Assembly: GCF_009914755.1 (NCBI RefSeq)
Contig: NC_060933.1
Direction: 5' to 3' (one strand)
From: the human T2T-CHM13v2.0 reference genome, Homo sapiens
Length of the DNA stretch: 64,000 nucleotides
Shown here piece after piece: positions 35,151 through 49,500 of this stretch. The first letter of the stretch is position 1. Each line of letters starts with the position of its first letter. Below the pieces are notes generated by a model. That model was given only the letters and a program-made list of their open reading frames with translations. It searched no databases and was not told the origin of the DNA. A program made the translations under genes and the position numbers.

Positions 35151-35220
35151 TGTTAAACATTGTTAACTATTGTTAACCATAGTTAACCATTGTTAACATT
35201 GTTAACTATTGTTAACCATA
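35151..35220. repeat. 10-bp minisatellite TGTTAACYAT, ~7 copies
   Basis: Direct inspection; it follows an Alu monomer (35010-35139, TSD TGGGCTCTAGTT). Confidence 0.85.
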
Positions 35221-35478
35221 GCAATATGGTAGCTCAGAGCTCTCAACAAAACTTGGATCTGAGATTTAAACTCTTCACCCCAGTGAGTGAGAGAGATGGG
35301 CCTTCAAGGGTTAGGGACCAGGCTATGGGAGTGGTTCTTGGTCAACCAAAGACACCACTCTCAAGAGTGAGCATACCCTTGACCCCTGCCACACAGGAAC
35401 ACAGACTGGACTGAGGCTATAAAGTTGCTTTCAGAGAGAACTGAGCTCCTTGAAGAGCCCAACAGGGATTCTGGGTGA

Positions 35479-35823
<345 letters not shown>

Positions 35824-38800
35824 AGAGGAGACAATTTTAAACCCAGCTCCAAGGAGCCAGCGCAGGATGCCTGCCTCTCCCAGGGCCCGACACACTGAAA
35901 AGTGGAGACGTGGCTTTCCGCAGATATATCAAGACAGTGGTGCTAAGCATGTTCAGGATGTTTAAGATACAAGTTGGAGAAAAATACTTAAGAAAAGCTT
36001 CTCTTTCAGAAAGCAATTTGGCCATCTGTATTAAGAACTATAAAAATGTGTAAACCATATCTGAACCCATAATCCCACATCTGAAAATCTAGCCTGGGAA
36101 AATGATCCTAAATGTGGAACAAACCAACACAGAATAAACTTCAGACTCCAAGATGTTCATTATGGTATTACTTACACTCACGGAAAATTGGACATTACCT
36201 AAAGGACTTCTAAGAGAGAAAAGACAAGTTAATTATGATGGAATTCTACGATCAACTACTATGAAGGTATGGAAAGTGATGATGATGAAGACTATGAAAT
36301 AACATGGGAAGATGCTGATGATAAAGAATTTAAGGAAAAAGCAGGATATAAAAGTTTATACACACACAGCATGAGCTCAACTGTGGTTTAATTTAAAAGA
36401 AGTTAAACTCTCAGACCCTGTATGACGGGCTGGCTTCCAGCAACCTCAGCATTTCCGAGAGAGCCCACAGAGGCCCTGGTCTTGCCTAGGAGACCCCAGG
36501 GCCTGAGGATGGCACACTCATGGGATTATTTACATAGCCTCCCCCTGACCAGCAGGGCCCTGGCTCTGGGTTGATTTGAGGACGTGTGAACATTACCAGG
36601 GTGGTGGTGGCAGCGGTGGTGGCAGCAGCAGTGGCAGCGGTAGTTAGGTCGGCATTCCTCTCTCTCTCTCTCTCTCTAGGAGGCGGAAAGTACAGAAGAG
36701 AAGGTAGGTGGAGAATAAGAAGCAGATCAGAGAGGAACTCCTCCTTCCACTTGCTTTGCTACAAACAGGATTAACAAGTAAAGGTAAAAGGCCCCTGCTA
36801 GAAGGAAAACAAAAAAGAAGAAAAAGAGAAAAGGGTGGATGCAAGGGAGAGAGGTGAGGAAAAGAGAGGCAAATGTCAAAGCTGCAAGGGAAAAGGGGCC
36901 CATTCTGATGACCACTGTTCCAATGCAAAAACAAATTCCTAATAAGCTGTCATTCCTTGTCACAGAGTCATGGGTGAGCAGAAAAAATGGCGTTTCCCAG
37001 AACAATGTCCATGGAAGCAATTCACCAGCAAATTGAGTCCCCAGAGAACAGAGACACACATAGACTAGGTGGGGCACACAGCAAAGGGGCAACACTCAAA
37101 CAGTGATGGTGCAGAGACACTCCCTGGCCTTCCCACTCCCATTCCCCACCCCGGCAAGCTCCAAAGGGTCCAAGTGCCCGAAGGAAGGGGAGGCTACAGG
37201 ACAGGACCAGCCCTACCCCACTCCTCCCAAGCTCCGTTCCCACACACATCAATCTGTGCACTGACAGCTGAGGTAGAAAATGGAAGGCCGGGATGGGGGG
37301 ATGGTAGAGATGATCAAGATAGAAACCAAACCAATGAGGCCATAAGCCCAGGCAGCTGTCCTCACTAATGGGATAGACCCAGGAGTCTGCTTCTCCCCAG
37401 TTGATCTTGACCTTGTGTAGGAACCAGCTGCTTGGACCAGTGACAGAGACAACTGCTGAGGTAGGGTGACAGATACTCTTGCTCACTGAGGGTACAAAGG
37501 ACTGTCTCCAAATCCATCCTCAACCAGCCTGGAACTATCACCCCATCATCCTAAAACAGTGCACAGAAGAAAAGGAAACAGTAGAAAACTTCAAAGCCAG
37601 ACAGAGTCCTCAGGGCAGCCCTCCCTCCATTTCTCCACAGCCTTTCAGGCAGGCTCCAGCTCTGCTTCCTGGCCATCGTGTGCTTACCTGTGGAGCCTTC
37701 CCTCCGCAGGAACAATCAGAAGACCATTTGCCTTACTCTGGGGGATGGGGGGAGGTGGGAGGTTCAAAATTCAAAGTGAGACCATAAAGGTGCTGAGTCC
37801 AAAGGACCCTAAAGGAGTTTTGTGACCATTAACAATCACAAGGCTAAGGTATTAATAGGTTTTCTGCATTTTTCCTGATAAGGGAGGTCACCCCAAGGAC
37901 TGTCACAGGCAGCCTGTGCTCTGGTCAGCATTGAGCTGGAAGCTTCGGGGAGAGGCCCAAGGGAGGGATCCTGCAAGTTCCCAAGGGTCAGGACCTGGCC
38001 CCACTGGGAACGGAGGCTTCACTTCCAAGAGGCACAGATTTAGGCAGAAGACCAGGAGTAGGGAGTCCTGAGACTAGGGATAAACAAAGGGGCAGGAATC
38101 CTGGAGAGAAGCCCCGTGCTCCACTCACTGACTGCGTCTGTACTGACTATGTACCAGCTGTGTGGTCAGGGAGAAAGAAGGGAGGCAGACATGAGGGACT
38201 CAGAGTCCGGGGGCTGGGGTGAGGCTGGAACTCAGATAATCATCCCTTTCCAGAAAGTTCTGAGCAGCCTGGGAGCAGCAGGGAAGGAGAAGTCAGCTCT
38301 ATTCCAGGGGCTCCACAGAACTAATGAGGTTGGGGAGGGAAGCTTAAAAGATAGCCAGAGACACACTAGGAACACAGGGGACAGCATAAGCAAAGGCACA
38401 CGGAGGTGAGAACAGAGGTGTCTGGGTGGAGATGGGGAGTCCAGTGAAGTGGAGAGGAGGAGGAAGTGGCTGGAGGTAGGTCAGGGTCTCGGATGCTAAG
38501 CTTGGGCCTTCCGACCATTTAGACCGTTGCCTGTAGGCAGTCGTGAAATGCTAACAGGTTTAAAAGAGGAAGTAACATGGTCAGAACCAGAAAAATCCTG
38601 GGCAGCTGAGGGAGAGGAACAGAGGTGCCAGAAGATATGCAATCGGAATTGGAGAGACCAGTTCTGTGTACTGGCTGTGGGGCAAAGGGCTGCCATGGTT
38701 GTGACAAACCCACCTGGCCAGCTGTGCCTGCATTCCTTACTCATTTTGTAATTTTTATGATGGGCAATCCCACAAACATTCTGCATTCCTTAATTTAGGG

Positions 38801-39111
38801 CTAGTGCTACCAGGTGGTGACCTGCCCTCCCTTCACCTTGAGTGAAGTCTCGTTTCCGGGTTTGAGTATTAGGAAATGCAGCATGCATCCCTGTTTGCTA
38901 TGATGTCTTCTCCTTCTGTTGCTTCTTTTCTTGCTGCCGTTGAAGTTGGAATGCTATATCTTGAAATCCACGTCTCAGAGTACAAGGAGTCAAATAGTAT
39001 TCTCCCATGCTGGTGAGCTAAGGTCAGGGGTGGGAGGAGAGACCTTAAGGAAAAAGAGCAACTCTTGTTCTTCTATATCTCAACCAGGAAAGCCTCTCCC
39101 GGCTCATTCCT

Positions 39112-39116
39112 TCAAT

Positions 39117-39122
<6 letters not shown>
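39112..39122 (+). repeat. SVA target-site duplication, left copy (TCAATATCCTT)
   Basis: Identical 11-mer at 41164-41174; L1-endonuclease-like CCTT/AT nick site. Confidence 0.92.
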
Positions 39123-39154
<32 letters not shown>

Positions 39155-40981
39155 TTTTTTTATTGATAATTCTTGGGTGTTTCTCACAGAGGGGGATTTG
39201 GCAGGGTCATGGGACAATAGTGGAGGGAAGGTCAGCAGATAAACAAGTGAACAAAGGTCTCTGGTTTTCCTAGGCAGAGGACCCTGCGGCCTTCCGCAGT
39301 GTTTGTGTCCCTGGGTACTTGAGATTAGGGAGTGGTGATGACTCTTAAGGAGCATGCTGCCTTCAAGCATCTGTTTAACAAAGCACATCTTGCACCGCCC
39401 TTAATCCATTTAACCCTGAGTGGACACAGCACATGTTTCAGAGAGCACTGGGTTGGGGGTAAGGTCACAGATCAACAGGATCCCAAGGCAGAAGACTTTT
39501 TCTTAGTGCAGAACAAAATGAAAAGTCTCCCATGTCTACTTCTTTCTACACAGACACGGCAACCATCCGATTTCTCAATCTTTTCCCCACCTTTCCCGCC
39601 TTTCTATTCCACAAAGCCGCCATTGTCATCCTGGCCCGTTCTCAATGAGCTGTTGGGCACACCTCCCAGACGGGGTGGTGGCCGGGCAGAGGGGCTCCTC
39701 ACTTCCCAGTAGGGGCGGCCGGGCAGAGGCGCCCCTCACCTCCCGGACGGGGCGGCTGGCCGGGCAGGGGGGCTGACCCCCCCCACCTCCCTCCCGGACG
39801 GGGCGGCTGGCCGGGCGGGGGGCTGACCCCCCCACCTCCCTCCCGGATGGGGCGGCTGGCCGGGTGGGGTGCCGACCCCCCCACCTCCCTCCCGGACGGG
39901 GCGGCTGGCCAGGCGGGGGGCCGACCCCCCCACCTCCCTCCCGGACGGGGCGGCTGGCCGGGCGGGGGGCCGACCCCCCCACCTCCCTCCCGGATGGGGC
40001 GGCTGGCCGGGCAGAGGGGCTCCTCACTTCCCAGTAGGGGCGGCCGGGCAGAGGCGCCCCTCACCTCCCGGACGGGGCGGCTGGCCGGGCGGGGGGCTGA
40101 CCCCCCCACCTCCCTCCCGGACGGGGTGGCTGGCCGGGCTGAGGGGCTCCTCACTTCCCAGTAGGGGCGGCCGGGCAGAGGCGCCCCTCACCTCCCGGAC
40201 GGGGCGGCTGGCCGGGTGGGGGGGCTGACCCCCCCATCTCCCTCCCGGATGGCATGGCTGGCCGGGCGGGGGGGCTGACCCCCCACCTCCCTCCCGGATG
40301 GGGTGGCTGCCGGGCGGAGACGCTCCTCACTTCCCAGATGGGGTGGCTGCCGGGCGGAGAGGCTCCTCACTTCTCAGACGGGGCGGTTGCCAGGCAGAGG
40401 GTCTCCTCACTTCTCAGATGGGGCGGCCGGGCAGAGACGCTCCTCACCTCCCAGACGGGGTCTCGGCCGGGCAGAGGCGCTCCTCACGTCCCAGAGGGGG
40501 CGGCGGGGCAGAGGCGCTCCCCACATCTCAGACGATGGGCGGCCGGGCAGAGACGCTCCTCACTTCCTAGATGGGATGGCGGCCGGGAAGAGGCGCTCCT
40601 CACTTCCTAGATGGGATGGCGGCCGGGCGGAGACGCTCCTCACTTTCCAGACTGGGCAGCCAGGCAGAGGGGCTCCTCACATCCCAGACGATGGGCGGCC
40701 AGGCAGAGACACTCCTCACTTCCCAGACGGGGTGGCGGCCGGGCAGAGGCTGCAATCTCGGCACTTTGGGAGGCCAAGGCAGGCGGCTGGGAGGTGTAGG
40801 TTGTAGCGAGCCGAGATCACGCCACTGCACTCCAGCCTGGGCACCATTGAGCACTGAGTGAACGAGACTCCGTCTGCAATCCCGGCACCTCGGGAGGCCA
40901 AGGCTGGCGGATCACTCGCGGTTAGGGGCTGGAGACCGCCCGGCCAACACAGCGAAACCCCGTCTCCACCAAAACCAGTCA

Positions 40982-41230
<249 letters not shown>

Positions 41231-43431
41231 TTAACAGCTTACTATAGACAGAGTATGAGTCATAACAACTTGTGAAAGTTCACTCCTGTGTGTAAAGCTT
41301 GATACGTGGCCCTATTTTGAAGAGGCTTATAGGCCCGGGATGGCCTCTGAGATTCTGCCACCTGGCTCACTCCACTATCCATTACCCTCTGACTCCAAGG
41401 AGTTCAAACCAATAGGAGGAAGGGTCCTGATGCGGGCCCTGAGTGGGGGTGCAGCAGGAGGCGGTGGGAGCCATGAAGAATTCACCACCACAGAAGCAGG
41501 CAGAGGAAGCAGGCAGAGGAAACAGGCAGGATGAATGGAGAGTGGAGAGGCAGGAGTGGACCCTCCTAGTAACGGCTGGTATTTACTGAAGGTTTACCAT
41601 GAGAAGGATGCCTCATAACCCTCCCCACCAAGGAGGAAACTGAGGCCTGCAGAGCTTAAGTAACCTGCCTGAGGTCACTGACTGTAAAGTGGCAGTGCCA
41701 GGACTGAACCCAGGCAGTCTGAGCACACAGCACACTCTCAGCCCTGGATACCAGACTGTGAGCAACACTGGGGGCACCCTGGCCATGAGGAGTGTCACTG
41801 ATGCCCTGAGAAGGCACTAAACCTGGAGTCAGACGCTGGGGTTTGAGCCGCAGCCCTACTGTTGTCTATGTGACTTTCGGAGCCTGTCCCTCTCTGAGCC
41901 TGTTTCCTCACCTGTGACATGGAGCAGAAGTTTCTACATTGTCTGGCCTCAGGGGTCTAGGCAAATCCTAGCAGTGACTGAATGGGAAGCCAAGGAAGTG
42001 GAAATGGGACATGGCCCCTACTTCAAGTAGAATGAAACCCTTGTGACCTGCTGTAAGCGGAAGGTTGTGTAGCATTTCAATGGGGCAGAAAGAAATCTGA
42101 TACTGAAAAGCCTGTTTGGGAACCCTTGGACTAAATGTCTCAGAAGCCACTCCATTTTGAGCATTACTTCTGTCTAATCTTAAATGGTATGTGTGTGTGT
42201 GTACATGTGTGTGCATGTGTATGTGTGTGTGGGAATGAAAAGTCAAAATGACAGCAGGGTGTCTGAGCCAGGGATAAGCTGAGAGGCTATAAAGAGGGCT
42301 AACAGCCCATAAGGTTTATTTGCTCAACAAACAGTGCAGAAAGGTCAAAACCAGGTGCTACAAAATCCCTTTCTTCTTCTAGAATATAACCATAAAACAG
42401 ATAACACAGGCAGTTCCTAATTTGTAGACAGGATGTGCTCCAAATGTTTCTCCTTCCACCTCTTTTTTTTCAGGGTTCAGGTTTCCCATTACCATTTTAT
42501 TATTTATTAGGTAATATTCTTTACTGGAAAGGTATGGCAGAGTTTAAGCATTTCTCAACTTAGTTATCTGGACTCTGACCATATTTTCCCAAAATGATCA
42601 ATTAGGGTGAGATTGGAGCAGATGATAAGAGAGTAGCTGGGGAAGTGGGAGAAAAAGCGGAAAAGATTCTCCTAAGGTGGAAAGTTAACCCTTGGAGAAG
42701 GAAAGGATGAAGAGAAAAAAAAGTATGAGGAAAAGCAAAGAAAAAAAAGAGATGATATTGACAAGATAAGAAAAAAGGAGGTATATATGTTTGAAAAACC
42801 AAAACTAAAATATTCCTGATGCTAAGTTGTGAAGTGGGAAGAGGAGGGAGGGAGGGAGGACGGGCAGTTCCTAGTGTTCCAGGGAAAGCAGGGAGGCAGC
42901 TGGGAGGAGATGCTAACTTAGGCCCGCTTTCCCCAAAGTGTGACTCACAAAACACTCATCACTTGAGACGGTTCTTGGAAAAGTTGTCTCGTCAGGCAAG
43001 CTCAGGAAACACTTCTGGGGTTACAGTGTACACCGGGGTACCAAAGGCTCTGCGGGAATGAGACCTGCTTTACATGGTTCAACCCAACATTCCTCAAGCG
43101 TATTTCACTCCATTTGGGGAAGCACACTTTTGGAGAAGCACTCTCTTAGGTGGTGCCCAGTGTTAGCCAGCACAGCTGTGCCACCGGTCTGAGCTGGCTT
43201 GGTTAGTTGTTCCATCTACTCGGATTGAGGTGGGCAGGAGCATGTAGCTGGCAGAGGACATTCAGAAATCTACTGTGTTGAGCCTGGGGAGTATGTAAAT
43301 TGTATCATAGGAATTTAAGCTGATGGCTAGATTTTACTGGTCCAATATTTGACTTCAAAACAGGGAAGTCTCACATTCACCTAAACTGCAACATATCTAG
43401 ACGTAGCATCCCACCCTCCAGTCTTCCTTGA

Positions 43432-43815
<384 letters not shown>

Positions 43816-45801
43816 CCAAATATATATTTTAACCTACCTATATGGCACCCAGACCACAGCTGTCTGTCTTCTACTCAGGCAGATTTGTGGGATGCTATCA
43901 GATGCCCTGCTGAATAAGATATGACAGCATTGTATCCACAGTACATCCCTCATCTACTGGCATAGCAACTGTCAAGAGAGAAACGAGATGCAGCTGGCAC
44001 GGCTTATTAGTCATCCCTGCTGGCTCCTGGTGATGGTGGCCGCCTCTTCCAGGTGCTCGCTGCCACTGCTTTAATAACAGGCTCCTGAATCTTGCCGTCA
44101 TTGGTATGTGCTAACTGGCATCAGACAAATGTTTCTCAATCACAGAGCTTTTCTTAAATGAATATGTGTTGGGTTAAAGTGACCCGCATTTTGCAGGACA
44201 TTTACCTGTTCTCTCTTGCATTCTCCAATATTCTTCCAAGGTGACCCACAACTGCGTGGCTGTCTTGCTTGCAGGTGTTCATAGGGCCCTGGTCTGTACC
44301 TCACTTGGCCGAAGAATTCAAACAGCCTCAAGGGGTTTGCCCACCACCTGCTCTCCTGCTTCAGTTTCCTTGTAACAGGGCTTGTTCTGCTCTCTCCTGC
44401 CTCACAGGCTTAACTCTGACACCTGGCCCCAGAGCTTCTGGTGCTTTCCTACCCCAGTGGGCATCTCAATTTCCAGGAACATGCAAGGCTCCTTTCTGCC
44501 TTAAGGTCCCTGCTCACTGGCCCCAGCTGAGAAGCCCATCTCCCTGCAGACTTTAGAACCTAGTTTATATCCTGGTTCTTCCAAGCCATTGCTCTCTCTC
44601 CTTCCTCTGAGCTTCCAAAGCATTTGGCAGCCACCATCCAATCACAGGATATTTGGGTCTGTTAACAAATTGTTCCCTGGGAAGGTCCCACTTGCCAGAA
44701 GTGGGTTGGAGGCTTCGGGACAGGGCAGGACTGAGACCTTACACTTCTTCAGAATCTCCCTGCAGCAAGTGATGCAGCACAATGCCACAGCAGTCCTCGA
44801 GTGCTTCCCCTGGGGTCATAGGGAAGGTGCACAGAGTTCCTTGACCTTGATGGAAGCCGTAAACTGCCAACAATCCTCCTACCTAAAGCAGAGTTTATCT
44901 CGAAATGAAATGGACATTGGGCCTTGTAGAAATGGGCGTACTCAGACTCTTCAAATGAATTTCAATGAAACTGGGTGCTTAGATAAGTTAGATGTGTCAT
45001 TGCACCTAGGAGGTTATAGTCTAAAAACATGAATTTAAGTGTTAGGGGTAATCTTGAAATATCAAAGTTATACTCTTGGGAAAATAATGCTCCTCAAATA
45101 AACTGAAAAATTTATTTCAATAAAGATGCCTCTTAGATCAATCTGATTCTCCATGCCATGGTGATGAAAGTTGACCTATCCTTAGCATTACTTTCCTAAG
45201 CAGGGCTAAAGCCCAACACATATGGATCAGACGAGCAGTGAGAAACTTTTTCTCAGACTCGGCCCAGTCCACATAACTCTCAGATGGCCCACGAATCAGA
45301 CTTCTCCAGATATTTCACCAGGGGCTGGCATGTAGGCATGTGACCTGAACTAAGGGCACTGTCTCCAGGTGCCCCAGGAGACACACTCTGACTGACTGGA
45401 TAAACTTTGAAGTTACCTAAAAGTCTGACATCTAAATGGTGGTTTTATTTTTAAAAGGAAAATACACAGCTACACAAAGCCAGGGAATAATCAGTGTGTA
45501 CTTTGGAATAATTAGGGTTGTCTTTTTTCCCAATCTTGCTGGAAGGCTACTTCCAGAAAACAAAAACAGAACAACGAAAACACTCCAGCATTTCCCTTGG
45601 CTATAGAGTTGACAGCAATAGGCAAGCACACTGTTTGGCGTTTACCTCATCTGCACTGGTGGTGGCTGGGGGGCTGGTTCCTCGCTGTAAGTGCCAGGTA
45701 TCTGTGAAATCACTCCCCTTCCCCTGCCCTCATTACACACACATCTGATACACATCTGCATGCACACACACCCTCTCTCATTCCACCTTCCCAGGCCTCA
45801 C

Positions 45802-46037
45802 CTGGTTGATAACATAGATGCCATAGTCCAGCTGCTGGCGCTGCAGGACTGGATGCAAATAATATAGCCAGTACTTGAGGTGCTCCTGCCGGTTGCGGAA
45901 TGGAATGATGATGGCCACCTTGTGAGGAGAGACGCAGTCCCTGGGGGCATAGCGGCCGCCCATCTTCACATTTGGGTTCTGCTTTGCCACGAGCTCCAGG
46001 TCCACAGGCATGTTAAACTCAATCAGCATGGGGCCCA
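45802..46037 (-). CDS. B4GALT1: B4GALT1 exon 2 (236 nt; ..GPMLIEFNMPVDLELVAKQNPNVKMGGRYAPRDCVSPHKVAIIIPFRNRQEHLKYWLYYLHPVLQRQQLDYGIYVINQ)
   Basis: Acceptor CTCTCTAG|TGGGCCCC, donor AACCAG|GTGAGG. Contains the GT7-family PFRNR motif. Matches ORF 45778..46038. Confidence 0.98.
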
Positions 46038-46212
46038 CTAGAGAGGTGGAGGGAGGGAGAAGTTAGCAGGCCACAGGACTCGCCACCGCTCCACAGGCTG
46101 CATCAGATGGCCAGGCTGCAGCTGCAGCTGCAGAGGAAATGTCTCCTCCTGGGAGGCAACGTGGCCACGGAGAGGGCCCTCCTGCCCAGCATCAGGCACC
46201 ACATCCAGCATT

Positions 46213-46277
46213 AGGGTGACCAACCATCCCCAGAAACCCCCTTCAGTGCGGGGCAAACCTAGATGGTTGGTCACTCT
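46213..46277. mobile_element. MER94-like hAT MITE remnant (palindromic)
   Basis: TIRs AGGGTGACCAACCATC / GATGGTTGGTCACTCT. Confidence 0.65.
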
Positions 46278-46502
46278 GTGAAGCACTCGCCTGCCCAGGA
46301 CCCTCCCCGCTCTGACTCCACTGTAAAATGGAAGTAATTTCTACCCAGACTTCCTGACAGGCTGTTGTAGAAATCAGTGATCACGGATGAGAAGGCAATT
46401 TCTCAAAACCCCTGAGGTTGAGACTTAGCTCTGTGACCTCCCAGCTGCGTGGCCTTGGACAAATGGCTGACATCATCTCTCTGATTCTAGCCTAACTGGG
46501 GA

Positions 46503-46505
<3 letters not shown>

Positions 46506-46547
<42 letters not shown>
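46506..46547. repeat. (TG)n microsatellite, ~21 units
   Basis: Direct inspection. Confidence 0.95.
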
Positions 46548-46550
<3 letters not shown>

Positions 46551-49500
46551 CATGCATGTTGGGGACGTCAGTGTGGAGGGAGTTAGCTTCGAAGTGGAAG
46601 GTAGCAGGAGTGGCATGAGTGCCCATGTCCCAGGAAGGGACTCGATGGAAGGTGAACCAAGGTCTGGGAGAGATGGAGGCAAAGAAACCCCAAAGGAGAC
46701 CGAGGGAAAATAAAAGAAATAGCTGGAAACACAGAAGAATGTTTAGTAACAGAGGGGATAAAGTAACAAAGAGGAAGAAGAAGTAACAAAGAGGGAGGGA
46801 TGACTCCCAAGTTTCTGGCCTAGAAGAACATGGATGCAGATGAGAGAAGTAAGTTAGTAAGAGAGTGCTTGCCTCAGAAGAAAAATGGATGAGGTGCAGA
46901 TTGTGGATTGTGAGGTAACGGCAGGTGGGAAGAGGGATGAGGAAAACGTCACATACCGGGTATGTGGTACACGTGGTGCAGTCCAGGCAACACAGGGAAT
47001 CAAGGCTCTGCTGAGAGTCAAGAGCCAAGACTTGAACCCAGGCTCCCCATACTCTCTGCAGACCAGACCGCCTCAAAATGGGTTCCAGAAAACATCAGAC
47101 CCAGCAAGATGCTTAATGGAAAAACATGTCTCGTGGTCAAATAAGAACGGGAATGCTGCGTATTAAATCCTGCTTCTGCAAAGTCACGACACACACCAAA
47201 GGCTCTGAGAAGTTGTGCAGTCGAAAAACCCCCTTCGTTATATTTAACCCACCATTTCCCAAGCTTATTTGGCTACAGAACCATTTTTCCAGGGAACACA
47301 CTTTGGGAACTGTTACTCTAGTGTAACCAGCTTCACCTGTGAAGCAAATGAGCCACAAGAACAAAGGAAGGAACCTAGAGAACAGGTAGGAACACCAACC
47401 ACAAGCACAGATCAAAACCTGAAACATGCTGGTGAGAACCCGCCCAGGGCCAGTGAGCAGGCTTCAGCCTGCCCTGTTTATCAATAACGCGTGGCTCTCC
47501 AAGCACCCCCTACTCCCGGAATCACTCGCCCTTCTGAATTCAACAGCTTGAGAAAAAAAGCTGTGGGCCTGCTTCCTCTCACCAGATAGCTGCCACTTCC
47601 ACCCTTCCCCAGTACACATCTCACATCTTCCCTCCCTCCGTAGCTGACCCAGGTCCACCATCACAGGACCTGTTCCCATTAGTTTGTTTTCTTCTGAGAT
47701 ACAGCCCCGACCATATTACTTTCCCACTAAAACCTCCAGTGGCTCTAAGGCTGTGTGTCCCTGCACAAGGGAAGGCCAAGGCCCACAGCTGAGCAAAAGG
47801 CCCTTCACCCTCAGCTCTGTCTGTCTCCCTCCCCATCCCTTAAGCCATGCCTGTCCACACTTTTCTCTTTGCCAGAAATGCCCTTCCCACTCTCCTCTTA
47901 ACTAGCAAACTTTTGCATTGAGAGATAGGCCTCAATCAAGCTTGATCCTTTTACTCTCTGCGCTATCACAGAGCTCAGGCAGCAGACCCTCTGGGGCAGG
48001 GAAGAAGATCCTCAGGCCTCCCTCTCTGGTCATGCACCTCCCTCCTGGAGGGACAGAGGCCTTGAAGCTCAGTCCCTTATAAGACTGCCTGCTGAGCCAG
48101 CTCCCACCTCCCAGGGTGCCCTAAAGTGAGCAGGCACTGTGCTCTTCAGAGAAGACCAGGACTCAGTCAGTGGTCACCCTGGACAAGTTTTTCCCAAACC
48201 TATCACCAGAATTGCTTGAGGAAGTTAGTACAAGTACAGCATCTCGGGCCCTTCCCTTAGAGAGTCTGTGGATTTTGGGAAGGACCTAAATGGCTACCTA
48301 ACAAGGAGCCCAGATGATTCTCACTGGGCAAGCTGGGTAGTAGGGCTCCGATGGACCATCTGATGGGCATCTGATGTCAAGGCTTAGGGCTTTCGGGCAA
48401 AGAGGGCCCTCGGGGATTCCCACCATTCACACCCTTCCCCACAAGGTCAGCCAGGCCTGGGCTGCCCAACACCCAACCCTGGGCAAAGGCTACTGGGGGG
48501 GCCCTGCTGCACAGTGAACTTGTGAAAAACATGAAGAAAAGATCTGTCACAGGGCTCTTTTCACTTCAGAGGGCCCCCACAACATCTGCAGCCCCCACCC
48601 CACCTTTGGTTCTGAGGATGCTGCTAAACATAACCGCGTTTTGGGGAACCCAAGAAGCACCTGGGCTGTCACCCTGCCGACTTGCTCGTACCTTCTGAAA
48701 CCCACCCAGAAAACAGGAATTCACACGTGGCCTGGCTCGCTTCCGCGGGACAGACACCTGCAGGCTGGAAAGTGTCCTGGTGTTGCCCCATCATGGGTTT
48801 CAGAAAGGTGGTCCTGAAGTCAAGAGCCCCGGACAGGAGAAGAGATGCCTGGGCCCCAGTCCAGCTCCACCAGTGACTTTCCAGATGATCTTTGGTATCC
48901 TGAGAGTGGATAGTACAGCCACTCTCAGGGTACTGGTTTCCTCATTTGTAAACTGCAGGGACTGGACTGGATGCTCTCTAAGGTCTCAGAACGCCCTGAC
49001 GTGTCCAGTGACACTTGGTAAACCAGGAGGAGTGCAGGGATCCAAAGCAAGATCTTTAGACAAATCCTTGCTCCCACCTTCCCTGCCCTCAGCATGAATT
49101 TCCAAGCAGACAGGAGACGTGAGTGTCCAGCATAGGAGAGGTGGAAAGAAGCCTTGATCACCAAGCGTCACATTTACCTACGTCTCCTCTTACCTCAAAT
49201 TCCTAGGCTTTCTCAGCTTCTTTCTTGGATGTCCATCTTTGCCCCCTTCTCTTCTCACTCTCCCTATACCCAGGTCTTTGGTTTAAGCACATGACAGTTC
49301 CCAAACCTCTGTTTCCATCTCATGTCTCTCTCCTGACCTCACAGCCAACAGAACATGGCTAGCCATATGTCATGGGCACCTCAAACTCAACCTGCCCCAA
49401 ATGGATTCTCATGCAACCCCACCACCATCACCACCTACAGCCAGACCTGCTTCTCAGGATTCCCTCAGCAACTGACACCACCATCTCCCCAGGGCAGAAG

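Noticed and set aside
39332-40901. Cluster of overlapping Pro/Gly/Arg-rich ORFs
   Set aside because: Open frames arising from the GC-rich SVA VNTR and SINE-R; not genes.
46492-47076. 194-aa ORF ending in a TH repeat
   Set aside because: Runs through L2/MIR-like remnants and the (TG)n microsatellite.
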